Position numbers and translations under genes: made by a program
In this document: positions 39,525-48,473 of the stretch, piece by piece
Layout of the letters: each line of letters begins with the position of its first letter
How positions within the stretch are numbered: the stretch's first letter is position 1
The notes under the pieces: model-generated
Database searches by the model: none
Told to the model about the DNA's origin: nothing
Seen by the model: the letters and a program-made list of their open reading frames with translations, nothing else
From: Candidatus Calditenuaceae archaeon HR02
GTDB taxonomy: Archaea; Thermoproteota; Nitrososphaeria_A; Caldarchaeales; Calditenuaceae
Assembly: GCA_002898395.1 (NCBI GenBank)
Contig: BEHE01000012.1
Coordinates: 10,818-74,817 of the forward strand
DNA length: 64,000 nucleotides
Reading direction: 5' to 3'

Positions 39525-39572
39525 TTCAAACATCTCATTCAGGAGATTCCAATATTAATTTATGTGCGTTAA

Positions 39573-39767
39573 ATGGTTGACGGGAGGGGTGGGGTATTGG
39601 AGGAGGAGTGTAGACATGAGGAGCTCGAGTTTCTAGGGGGCCAGAGGACGGAGGGTGGCGAGAATCTATACTTCAGGTGTAAGAGGTGCGGGGATGTTTT
39701 AATTATTCTGCCTGGAGGTAAGAGAGGGTACATTGTTCGCGGGCTGAAGACTAGTGCTCGTCAATGA
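39573..39767 (+). CDS. Small zinc-ribbon protein
   Basis: CRH...CKRCG; TATA-like attaattt about 20 nt upstream. Confidence 0.6.
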   Translation: MVDGRGGVLEEECRHEELEFLGGQRTEGGENLYFRCKRCGDVLIILPGGKRGYIVRGLKTSARQ

Positions 39768-40755
39768 TTCTTGCGCCATAAGTTGTGGGTTTCGTATAAA
39801 TGATTCTCTCGAGGCCGCCTGCCAATCTCTCAATACGTTCAGAAAGATATTCGACTGCCCGCTCAACCTCCTCCAAGCCTCTTCGTACATCGTAGACTAG
39901 GAGTCGTGAGGGCCCAGAGCCGCTGATACAGAGCGCAACGCCATACTCGGTCAGTAGCTTCTTTTTATCCTCAAGAAGGTGTTCCCACCTGTATCCTGCG
40001 CCGTACAAGCCGGCATTGGCCCGCGCCCTCTCTATGAATGGGTCGAGCGGTATAAGTTTTAACAACAGGTCCATTCTACCCAATGCCATTGCGGCTGAAA
40101 TGAGAGAAGCTCTGGAGAGGGCTTGTGAATATTCTACAAGTGTTGGAGAGGTTGTGAGGATTTTGCGCGCCTCGTCTGTTGACTTCTTCTCGAAAGTGGG
40201 AACTAATATGACCAATCCTATGTGCTCTGGTGGTTTGATGTTGAGGTATGTAAGCCCTTCGGGAGAGTTGTCAATGACATTAAACCCCCCGAGGAGGGAC
40301 GCCACTACATTGTCGGCATGCGATCCCGGCTCGGCAGACGAAGCAATCGTAATCCTCTCCCCCTCATTCAGATTCATCTCGAGGATTCGCTCGCCCGCCA
40401 CAACTGCACCGGCGGCCTCAGCCCCAGAAGACCCTAGACCCTTGGCTACAGGGATTGAAGCTTCTATAACCACTCTAAGACCCACACCGCTGCCGCTAAT
40501 CCCGATCAGCCGATCGAGGGCTTTTGCCGCAGCGTTGCGCTGCGGGTCTGTCGGTACGCGGTGGCTGTAGGGGCCGTAGACATCTACCATCACGCCTTCC
40601 CCACCCTCAACCCTCTCCACCGTCAGTTCGAGATGTGGCTCCTCGAGAGCCATGGAGAAGGCGTCAAAGCCAGGGCCAATGTTAGCGGTGCTAGCTGGAA
40701 CTCTGCACCTTACCTTCTTGACTTGTTTCTTAGTTTTGTGTTGCATCTGGGGCAT
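39751..40755 (-). CDS. thrB: Homoserine kinase; start codon lies inside repeat copy 3
   Basis: VPASTANIGPGFD; IPVAKGLGSSGA; HADNV; ISGSGPS. Confidence 0.93.
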   Translation of the reverse strand: MPQMQHKTKKQVKKVRCRVPASTANIGPGFDAFSMALEEPHLELTVERVEGGEGVMVDVYGPYSHRVPTDPQRNAAAKALDRLIGISGSGVGLRVVIEASIPVAKGLGSSGAEAAGAVVAGERILEMNLNEGERITIASSAEPGSHADNVVASLLGGFNVIDNSPEGLTYLNIKPPEHIGLVILVPTFEKKSTDEARKILTTSPTLVEYSQALSRASLISAAMALGRMDLLLKLIPLDPFIERARANAGLYGAGYRWEHLLEDKKKLLTEYGVALCISGSGPSRLLVYDVRRGLEEVERAVEYLSERIERLAGGLERIIYTKPTTYGARIIDEH

Positions 40756-40876
40756 CTGGCCTGCTCCGTGCACATGTATTGTTGGCATTTTGAGCAGTAT
40801 TTAAATCCCCTACCATACACACCACTACCCGCGCCGGGGGAGTATCACTTCAACCCCGAAGCAAGACCGGGATTCC
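40711..40876 (-). repeat. Dispersed TATA-containing repeat, copy 3
   Basis: Reverse complement ggaatcccggtcttgcttcggggttg..tagtggtgtgtatggtaggggatttaaatactgctcaaaatgccaacaatacat..atgcaacacaaaactaagaaacaagtcaagaaggta. Confidence 0.9.
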
Positions 40877-41127
40877 ATCCACCCTCAGTCACCCCCGTAG
40901 GATATCGTACGCCCCCTGTCTAGGAGCTCCGGAGAAGGTCCATATATTCTCTCTGGAGTCTGAGAGAGTTCCGAAGGGTCTCGGGCTGCCACAATATCTC
41001 TCTAAGAATGAACTTTGGCTAGACGGAGGCGAACCGAGACCCTCCTGACCAACCTATAATCTATCTTCCCAGTCATCATTAAGATATATCCGCGACGACC
41101 GCCTGATTTATACTTGGGCGGGGAGTC

Positions 41128-41568
41128 TTGGCTTGTGGTTTGAGGGGTAGGAGATTCCTCGAGCATACAAGCGACATATACGTCGAGGCGTTTGGACCGG
41201 GTCTGAAGGAGGCGTTTGAGGAGGCGGGAATGGCTATATTCGAGACCCTAGTGAGCAATCCGGAGTCCATATCTCCCATGTCGAAGAGAATTGTCGAGGC
41301 AGAGGGATATGATCTCTTATCACTCCTCTATGAATGGCTGGAGAAGCTACTTCTCCTTTTCGAGATCGACCGATTCGTGGGATGTAGGGTTAGGGTGGAG
41401 GAGCTGATTGAGTCGGATGTCTTTAAAGTAAGGGGAGAGGTTTGGGGTGAGCTGTATGACGAGGCGAAGCATAGGCCTGGTACTCATGTGAAGTCGCCGA
41501 CATATTGGTTGATGGAGGTGAAGAAAGAGTATGGGAAGGCACTCGTCAGATTCGTCCTCGACATTTAG
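41128..41568 (+). CDS. Archease
   Basis: FLEHTSD; EAFEEAG; LLYEWLEKLL; VKSPTY; FVLDI. Confidence 0.93.
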   Translation: MACGLRGRRFLEHTSDIYVEAFGPGLKEAFEEAGMAIFETLVSNPESISPMSKRIVEAEGYDLLSLLYEWLEKLLLLFEIDRFVGCRVRVEELIESDVFKVRGEVWGELYDEAKHRPGTHVKSPTYWLMEVKKEYGKALVRFVLDI

Positions 41569-42430
41569 GATTAGAGCCCCGCCTGCGACGATTCCCGAGA
41601 TACATGTCCTGATCCCCAGCACCTATTCCGAGGATGCAGCACATCTCCGAGAGAAGACGATGCGTATAGGCTTCCTCTTCAGGGCAATGACAATTTTCAG
41701 GGTAAGCCAGATGATTATCTACGAGGAACAGCCTGAAAGACCGAGTAAAAACTCGGAGTTGATCAAACTATTATGTGAATATCTCTCGACACCGCCATAC
41801 CTCAGAAAAAAGCTATACAAACTTAGACCAGAGCTAAGATACGCCGGGCTTCTACCCCCGCTTAACATACCCACACACCCTCCATCACCCATACCCCCCG
41901 GCGATGCATGGGAGCTCCGAGAGGGCTTATTTGAGAGGAGAGGCGAATTGACAATACTACATGCAGGCTTAAAGAAGCCCATCGTCTTAGAGTCTCAGAG
42001 ACGGTATGGGTCTCGGGTGTTACTGCTAGTTAAGTCACAGGGAAAAAAGATAAGGTTCAAGATCGCGCGCCGCGACGAGCTCCCTTACTACCTCGGGACA
42101 AAGATCTCAACCCACAAAGGTACACTCAAAGAAATTCTCAAAGGCTATAGATACTCGATCGCAACAGACAAGGATGGTGAGTCTATAATAGAAGTCTGGG
42201 ATAAGCTCAGCAAGGCCCTTAAAACTGTTAAAGGACCAGTGTGTGTAGCATTCGGCTCCTATAGGCGTGGATTGGCAGAAATAGCTGAGTTACAAAACTC
42301 GAGGCTAGAAGAGCTGTTTGATATCTGTGTGAATTTTATACCTTACCAAGGTGTGAGGAGTGTGAGGACGGAGGAGGCAGTGTACTCTGTCTTAGCACTG
42401 CTCAACATAATCTCCCTGTGTAAAGGATAG
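41531..42430 (+). CDS. SPOUT-family RNA methyltransferase (DUF171-like); start uncertain
   Basis: RAMTIFRV; TPPYLRK; YAGLLPPLNIPTH; NFIPYQGVRSVRTEEAV. Confidence 0.9.
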   Translation: MGRHSSDSSSTFRIRAPPATIPEIHVLIPSTYSEDAAHLREKTMRIGFLFRAMTIFRVSQMIIYEEQPERPSKNSELIKLLCEYLSTPPYLRKKLYKLRPELRYAGLLPPLNIPTHPPSPIPPGDAWELREGLFERRGELTILHAGLKKPIVLESQRRYGSRVLLLVKSQGKKIRFKIARRDELPYYLGTKISTHKGTLKEILKGYRYSIATDKDGESIIEVWDKLSKALKTVKGPVCVAFGSYRRGLAEIAELQNSRLEELFDICVNFIPYQGVRSVRTEEAVYSVLALLNIISLCKG

Positions 42431-42499
42431 CTCTCATTAGTCATGATAGTGATGCGATGTGGGGTTAGGCTTAACTCTAGGGGCCGCTCGGAGCATGTC

Positions 42500-43358
42500 A
42501 TGAGCGGGTTAGTCTGCGGTTTGGACGTTCATAAGAGATTCTGCGACGCTACGTTGGTTGACTGGTTTGGTAATGTGGTAGAGTCTAGGAGGCTTCCTAG
42601 GAATGAGCTTTGGCTGCTCATCCTAGGAAGACTAGGTTGATCGCTGAGAATAGGCTTAAGAGTGATAGGAGGGATTCTAAATGTTTGTCTTACATACCTG
42701 AGGGAGAGATAGCTAGGGTTAGGGAGCTTGTTAGGAGGAGGGCCTCCCTAGTTTAAGGATTAGGACTAGGCTGAAGAACAGGATAATAGCTACCCTAGCT
42801 CTAGAGGGCATAGAGATTCCTAGGGACTTCAAGTTATTCACCAGAAATGGATTGGATTAGCTAAAGTCACTGGGGATATCTTCCATAGACCAGTACCTAA
42901 GGTTGTTGGAGGGCCTAAACCAGGAGATAGGTCTTGTATCTAGGGAGCTAGACCAATACTCTAGCGATGAGGATGTTAGACTACTCATGACTATACCAGG
43001 AGTAGGATTGTACTCGGCATTGATGATAAAGGCTGAGATCGGTGACATATCTAGGTTCCCTGATGCTGATCATCTATGCAGCTACGCTGGCTTAGTCCCC
43101 TCCGAGAGGAGCAGTGGTGGTAAAATGAAGAGAGGTAAGATAACGAAGGAGGGCTCTAGGTGGCTTAGGTGGATAATGGTTGAGGTAGCGCATGTACACG
43201 TAAAATATGACACCCACTTCACCAGGGCTTATCATAGGATTGCTGCTAGGCGGGGTAAGAAGGTAGCTATAATAGCACTAGCTAGGAGATTACTTAGGTG
43301 TTGCTACGCGATGCTTAGGGATGGGAAGCCGTTCGTGAATCATGCTCAGGCCCGATAA
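42500..43358 (+). pseudogene. IS110 transposase pseudogene
   Basis: GLDVHK; KSDRRD; TIPGVG..AEIGDISRF..SYAGLVPSERSSG..ITKEGSRWLR. Internal deletion, frameshifts and stops between 42610 and 42860. Confidence 0.92.
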
Positions 43359-43478
43359 CTAAGCACGAGTATCGGACTGCGCCTAGAGCGCGGGAGCGTG
43401 ATTGTGGGGCCTGGTGGCGTGGTTGGTATGGTGCTCGTCTGAGGGCGTATAGGTGTTTGCCTTAAATAGTGGGATGGG
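43359..43478 (+). ncRNA. Candidate bridge/seek RNA region of the IS1111-type element
   Basis: Position matches the IS1111 non-coding region; local stems ccgata/tatcgg and gcgc/gcgc; internal copy of the IR (tgtggggcc). Confidence 0.45.
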
Positions 43479-43490
43479 CCCCACATAGGG

Positions 43491-43852
43491 TCCGGATAAG
43501 CATCTTTACCCACCCCCATTCCTAAAGGTTTGGTAGTATAGTGTGAAGAGGTTTAGGAATATGTTTAGGTTCTTTATTCCTTGTTAATAATCCCTTGCGC
43601 TCAGCTTGTTGTGGAACACTATTGTCCTCTCCTTGAGGTGCCTGAAGAACCTCTCTATCTTGCTCCTCATGCCGAACCTCTGGTGCTCGTGCTCAAGGCC
43701 TAGCCTCTCCAACGCCCATCTATACCAAGGACCCCTATAACCTCACGGCTTTTTTGTTGCGCTTGAAGCAGCTTGAGATCAGAACGACGACATCCACGCA
43801 GACGACCATCGAAGACCGGCCTTCAAATATATCCCCTTATCAGGACACTACC
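43491..43852 (-). mobile_element. IS6-family remnant A (internally deleted; its right TIR is split by the IS110, the outer 7 bp at 42445-42451)
   Basis: YRGPWYRWALERLGLEHEHQRFGMRSKIERFFRHLKERT; left TIR ggtagtgtcctgataagg (43835-43852). Confidence 0.85.
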
Positions 43853-44282
43853 GCTGTGGGAGGGTCTCTCAGGTACTTATCATGGGAGTTGAGCAGGTAA
43901 GCTGGTCAACCGTACACGAGCTATCTAGTGGGTACTGTCTATTGTAGCTATAGCCTCTGAGCCCAGGTATAGGAGGTGTATTGCCGTTAATGAGACTAAA
44001 CTCGGGGTGAAGGGGGCAGTAGTTTATGTATTGTCTGCAATCGATGTGGATTCCGGAGAATTCCTTGCTATCGAGGCGCCCTACGGGAGGAGCAGCCTGA
44101 ACGCCCTAACATTCCTTAAGTACCTGAACAGGCCTAAGATAATAGTGGATAGGGGGCTTCATATTTCACAACAAGCTAATCGCAAGAAAACATCAGGAGG
44201 GAATAAAGAACCTAACCTATTCGCAATATACTACAAAGCAATAAGAAACGGGGTGGATAAAGATGCTTAGCCGGACACTGTC
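43853..44282 (+). mobile_element. IS6-family remnant B (5'-truncated, internally deleted)
   Basis: RCIAVNETK..YVLSAIDVDSGEFLA..KIIVDRG; right TIR gcttagccggacactgtc (44265-44282). Confidence 0.85.
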
Positions 44283-44330
44283 TTGGTCGTACACACAATA
44301 TTTAAATTGATTTTGCCATGCACAAATTCC

Positions 44331-45752
44331 GTGGCTGACGCTCCCTTGAATAAGTGGCGGATACTAATTGGTCTCGCCACTGGGCTGTTCATGGCATCAT
44401 TAGAGGGCACCATTGTGCCTGTAGCGATGCCTCGTGCTGTTCTTGAGCTTGGAGGCCAGCAACTCTATAACTGGCCGATTACAATCTTCATCTTCGCATC
44501 AACAATCTCTATTCCTGTTTGGGGAAGGCTGTCAGACCTATACGGTCGGAGAATAATCTATACTACCGGTTTAGCGCTCTTCATGGTTGCCTCCCTCCTA
44601 TGTGGCATCTCATGGAGTATGGAGGCGCTTATACTCTTCAGGCTATTACAGGGCATGGGATCTGGAGCAGTATTCTCCTTGACATTCACCATCATTGGAG
44701 ACCTATTCACACTTGAGGAGAGGGGGCGAGTGACAGGATACACTTCAACCGTCTGGGCTGTCGGGAGCATCCTAGGCCCCCCTATGGGTGGAGTAATAGT
44801 GGACACGCTTGGATGGCGTTGGATCTACCTCGTCAACGTTCCACCAGCACTCGTGGCACTCTCGATGGGGGCTAAGGGTCTAAGGGGGCTGGCCACGTGG
44901 CAGAGGGGGCGAAGGCTTGACGCAAAAGGGTTCATATTGTTTACAATAATCTCTACCTGTCTCCTCCTTTTAATTGACGCTCCAATGCTTGACTGGCAGG
45001 CTACGTCGATGACGGTACTTGTCGTCCTTGTGGCGACACCACTCTTTATACGCGTTGAGCGAATAGAGAAGATGCCATTCATCCCATTCAGGCTCCTATC
45101 GGATAGACTGAACTTCACATTACTCGCAATTAACGGTGTTGTGGGCTTCGCATTCTTCGGAATAGTGACTATAGTCCCTCCAATCCTGCAATGGTTTTAT
45201 GGCTTACCCCCGACAACAGCTGGACTATTAATGGCTTCATCTACACTGGGATGGGTTCTGGCGGCAAACATCTCTTCACGCCTCATCGTCAGATATGGGC
45301 CAGGCCCGATGATAAAGGCTGGGGTCAGCCTTTTTGTCGTGGCGGTTACATTATTGCTTGTTACAAACACCTTCGCTCCGAGCCCCTGGCTCCTTATACC
45401 GCCGCTTGTGATGGTGGGGACCTCTATGGGATTGACCGTTCCTACGACATTAATTACGATCCAGACCTTAGCCTCCTCAGCGGAACTCGGGTTCTTAACC
45501 TCTATTCTGACTTTTTTCAGAAGCTTCGGCGGCTCCCTCGGCTCGCAGGCCATGTGGGCGCCCTTCGCCAACACACCTATCGAGCTAGGTATACTTAGCG
45601 CGATTTTTTACCCCACCATTTACTCCTTCGGAATTGCACTGGTTTTATCCATCATCAATATTCCCCTCGCCTTCAGAATCGAATGGCCTGACCTGAGAAT
45701 GATAGAGATACAGCGCAGAAATAATCAGGAGTTACCTGATAACTCCTTATAA
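44331..45752 (+). CDS. MFS drug:H+ antiporter (DHA2/EmrB-like)
   Basis: WGRLSDLYGRR; FRLLQGMG; GPPMGG..WRWIYLVNVP; likely GTG start 44331 after TATA at 44301. Confidence 0.93.
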   Translation: MADAPLNKWRILIGLATGLFMASLEGTIVPVAMPRAVLELGGQQLYNWPITIFIFASTISIPVWGRLSDLYGRRIIYTTGLALFMVASLLCGISWSMEALILFRLLQGMGSGAVFSLTFTIIGDLFTLEERGRVTGYTSTVWAVGSILGPPMGGVIVDTLGWRWIYLVNVPPALVALSMGAKGLRGLATWQRGRRLDAKGFILFTIISTCLLLLIDAPMLDWQATSMTVLVVLVATPLFIRVERIEKMPFIPFRLLSDRLNFTLLAINGVVGFAFFGIVTIVPPILQWFYGLPPTTAGLLMASSTLGWVLAANISSRLIVRYGPGPMIKAGVSLFVVAVTLLLVTNTFAPSPWLLIPPLVMVGTSMGLTVPTTLITIQTLASSAELGFLTSILTFFRSFGGSLGSQAMWAPFANTPIELGILSAIFYPTIYSFGIALVLSIINIPLAFRIEWPDLRMIEIQRRNNQELPDNSL

Positions 45753-47066
45753 GGCTGCACCGATTATGTAGCCTGCAGCCAATAGAGAGCCTGTGATGGC
45801 GGCGTTCTTTACGTTGAGGGACATGACTCCAATCATCCGGTAGGGGTCTCCAAAGTTATGCTCAACGCCTCTATATACGCGATAGGCTAGAGGGGCACTG
45901 GCTAGCGCTATCAAGATTGTTGTCGGACCCAAATTGAGTAAAGGTATCAATAATATAGTCAGGTACGTGGCGATGAGCGAGCCTGCTAAGAACCCTAGCG
46001 CCTGCTTCTTCGTGAATCTTGTAACAAGGGTCATCTTCCCTGCCTCCCTATCATATGGGGTGTCCGGTATTTCGTTTACGTAGAGTATCAGCATGATTAA
46101 TAGCCCTATAGGTATTGAGGAGATTATAGCGTCGAGGCCGATTCTCTGTGTTTGGACAAAATATGTTCCCAAAACTATTACTGGGCCGAAGCCCAGAAAT
46201 ACTGCGATCTCGCCAAACCCTCTATAGGCCAGCTTCAGAGGTGGCGCAGTGTAGAAATAGGATAGAAACAGCCCCATGCAAGTAAGGACTGAAATCTCTA
46301 ACAACCCCCTAGTTACAGCTAGGTATGCACCTACTGCTGCGCCCGTCAAGAAGAAGGATGTATAGATGAGTCTAGCCTCCTGCATGTTGACGATACCGTA
46401 TATTATCGCTCTTGACCCGCCGCTGAATGGTGTAGGTCTCTTATTGGCTATATCGGCTCCAAGAATGGTGTCGAAATAGTCGTTGGCCACGTTCAGCGCG
46501 AGGTGTATGCAGGATAGACCCACCAGTGTTAGAAGGAGGAGCAACGGGTCGAAGAACCCTCTATAGAACGCTGCACCAGTTCCTATCGCGACAGGTACTG
46601 CCGTCGCTATCAGGAATGGAAGTCGGACTGTTCTAAAGAAGCTCCAGAAAAGTCCTATTCTTGGCTTGAAAGTCTCTCCAAGCCTTTTCCCGATCCCTTC
46701 CAGGTATCGCCTAGCTCTTGCTGTTGAGACTTCAACATACTGCGGAAATGGGGTTACCCGCTCATCCCAAGTATAGGCTCTCTCCACCTCTACCCTGACT
46801 ATGCCATCCATCACACGTGACAGGCCTCTAAAGACTGCGTAGCGCCTATCAGTGTATCCACCCGTCGGAATCGGTGTAATGTGATTCAATATGAGGTTTA
46901 CCTTTTTTCTCTCGATCCAGTTATCCGCTATACCTTTTGGCAGCCGAAGCTTGACATCTCCGTTGAGTCTCGTTGTGAGGAGGGGTATTGTTGAGGGGTA
47001 GCCGTCTTCATCTATGAAAGCAATTGCGACCTGTTCAAACATAGTTAAATCTTCTGCCCCGACCAT
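45747..47066 (-). CDS. MenA-like UbiA prenyltransferase with N-terminal PNPOx-like domain
   Basis: VRLPFL; NVANDYFDTILGAD; TPFSGGSR; YTAPPLKLAYRGFGE; NEIPDTPYDREAGKMTL; extra ~135 aa N-terminus (AFIDEDGYP). Confidence 0.85.
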   Translation of the reverse strand: MVGAEDLTMFEQVAIAFIDEDGYPSTIPLLTTRLNGDVKLRLPKGIADNWIERKKVNLILNHITPIPTGGYTDRRYAVFRGLSRVMDGIVRVEVERAYTWDERVTPFPQYVEVSTARARRYLEGIGKRLGETFKPRIGLFWSFFRTVRLPFLIATAVPVAIGTGAAFYRGFFDPLLLLLTLVGLSCIHLALNVANDYFDTILGADIANKRPTPFSGGSRAIIYGIVNMQEARLIYTSFFLTGAAVGAYLAVTRGLLEISVLTCMGLFLSYFYTAPPLKLAYRGFGEIAVFLGFGPVIVLGTYFVQTQRIGLDAIISSIPIGLLIMLILYVNEIPDTPYDREAGKMTLVTRFTKKQALGFLAGSLIATYLTILLIPLLNLGPTTILIALASAPLAYRVYRGVEHNFGDPYRMIGVMSLNVKNAAITGSLLAAGYIIGAAL

Positions 47067-47068
47067 TC

Positions 47069-47557
47069 CTATCCACCCACGATATAGTATTCCGGCTCCT
47101 TCTCCAGGTCGCCGTCGCGCCAGACTCTTACTTTCCTCGGCCTAACCTCTATGATAGCTCTCTCCCAGAATAGCGGTAGGGCGAACCTCTGCTTGAGATA
47201 CGTGTCAATGTACGGCTCCTTCTTTCTCCAGAGAGGCAATAGCTTCTGCCACTCACGGCTTAAATCCTGGTCAAATACTCTCGCATCGCCTTTAATTTCA
47301 ATTGCATGGTATTTATCAGAGTTCACGTATTCTCGGTGGGATATGAGGACGGAGACTCGAGGATTTTTCTTGATGTATTCAAGCTTCTTGCTGAAGAGAA
47401 TACTCGAGGTGAAGTAGAGCAGGCCTCTATCGCGGTCATAGAGGGGGAGCATAGGATGTGAGACAGGCTCATTTTTCTCGTTAACTACCGTTAAAATTGC
47501 TACGAGCGCACCCTCTAAAACGTCTTCAACCTCTTGCGGCAGCCGGTAGGTGTTCAT
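47069..47557 (-). CDS. Pyridoxamine 5'-phosphate oxidase-like (flavin/F420 split beta-barrel) protein
   Basis: LTVVNEKNEPVSHPM; SKKLEYIKKNPRVSVLI; IEIKGDA; real start likely ATG 47557. Confidence 0.85.
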   Translation of the reverse strand: MNTYRLPQEVEDVLEGALVAILTVVNEKNEPVSHPMLPLYDRDRGLLYFTSSILFSKKLEYIKKNPRVSVLISHREYVNSDKYHAIEIKGDARVFDQDLSREWQKLLPLWRKKEPYIDTYLKQRFALPLFWERAIIEVRPRKVRVWRDGDLEKEPEYYIVGG

Positions 47558-47690
47558 CAGGAAGGGCCGTGACTTCCAAATATTTAAATCTCTGGATCCA
47601 CAACGAGGAATCAACAAAGCTCCAAGAGTGAATAAGTAAACTCTACCACTATAAATAGGGGGTGTGGGGGTAGTTTTCTGAGATAGAGAC

Positions 47691-48473
47691 TTGCCGGTTC
47701 TACATGTATTTGTGAAGCAAGTTCCCGACATCTCAACCCTAGAGTATGATCCTTCAACACTGGCTCCCAGGTTTGAGAAGGCTACACCTAGGCTGGGGGA
47801 GGCGGACCTAGTGGCATTTGAGGCAGCCATAAGGATTAAGGAGAGTTGGGGTGGAGAGGTGGTTGTGCTCTCGGCAGGAGATGGGGTGAACGAGCTTGTC
47901 CTACGCGAAGCCCTAGCCATGGGTGCTGACAGGTGTTTCTATGTCAGCGACCAGAGACTCGCTGGGGCTGATTCGTGGGTTACTGCTAATGTCCTCTCAA
48001 GGCTTTCGAGGAAGGTGGGGAAGGCGGACCTACTCTTATGCGGCGAGGCATCCACGGACTCTGGGAACCACCAGCTCGGGCCCAGGCTCTCAGAGGCTTT
48101 GAATATACCATGCGTCACACACGTGGTCGGCATCGAGCTAAGTGAAGGTCTAGTTAGGGTTAGGCGCATCCTCGAGGACAGGACGGAGACATTCGAGACC
48201 GGCTCACCATTGATAGCTACTGCCAGCTTGGAGCTGGCTTCTCCCAGACTCCCAAGCCTACTCATGATTAAGGCAGCATCTAAGAAGCCCATAATTAAGG
48301 TGAACCTTGCCGAGCTCGGTTTGGATGAAGGTCTTCTCGAGCCTCTTGTGGAGAGGCTCTCTGTTCGGGTCTTCAAGACTGCGCGAAGGAATATTGTGCT
48401 GGAGGGTGGGCCTCTCGAATGTGCCGAGAAGCTTGTCGAGAGTTTGGTTAAGGAGGGGGTGTTTAAGGCTTAA
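47691..48473 (+). CDS. etfB: Electron transfer flavoprotein beta subunit
   Basis: VKQVPD; LREALAMGAD; GEASTDSGNHQLGPRL; PRLPSL. Confidence 0.94.
   Translation: MPVLHVFVKQVPDISTLEYDPSTLAPRFEKATPRLGEADLVAFEAAIRIKESWGGEVVVLSAGDGVNELVLREALAMGADRCFYVSDQRLAGADSWVTANVLSRLSRKVGKADLLLCGEASTDSGNHQLGPRLSEALNIPCVTHVVGIELSEGLVRVRRILEDRTETFETGSPLIATASLELASPRLPSLLMIKAASKKPIIKVNLAELGLDEGLLEPLVERLSVRVFKTARRNIVLEGGPLECAEKLVESLVKEGVFKA

Larger units (their letters stand above)
42452..43490 (+). mobile_element. IS110-family element of IS1111 type (decayed)
   Basis: Sub-terminal IRs ATGTGGGG (42457-42464) and CCCCACAT (43479-43486), about 5-6 and 3-4 bp from the ends; no TSD; ~120-nt non-coding region 3' of the transposase. 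Confidence 0.82.

Noticed and set aside
41040-41082. C-box-like ATGATGA on the minus strand as a C/D sRNA
   Set aside because: No D box (CTGA) at a suitable distance on that strand
42720-42860. In-frame stops in the IS110 transposase as recoding sites
   Set aside because: Accompanied by deletions and frameshifts, so ordinary decay
47558-47920. Long N-terminal extension of the PNPOx-like ORF
   Set aside because: Overlaps etfB antisense and the divergent promoter; ATG 47557 follows a TATA box
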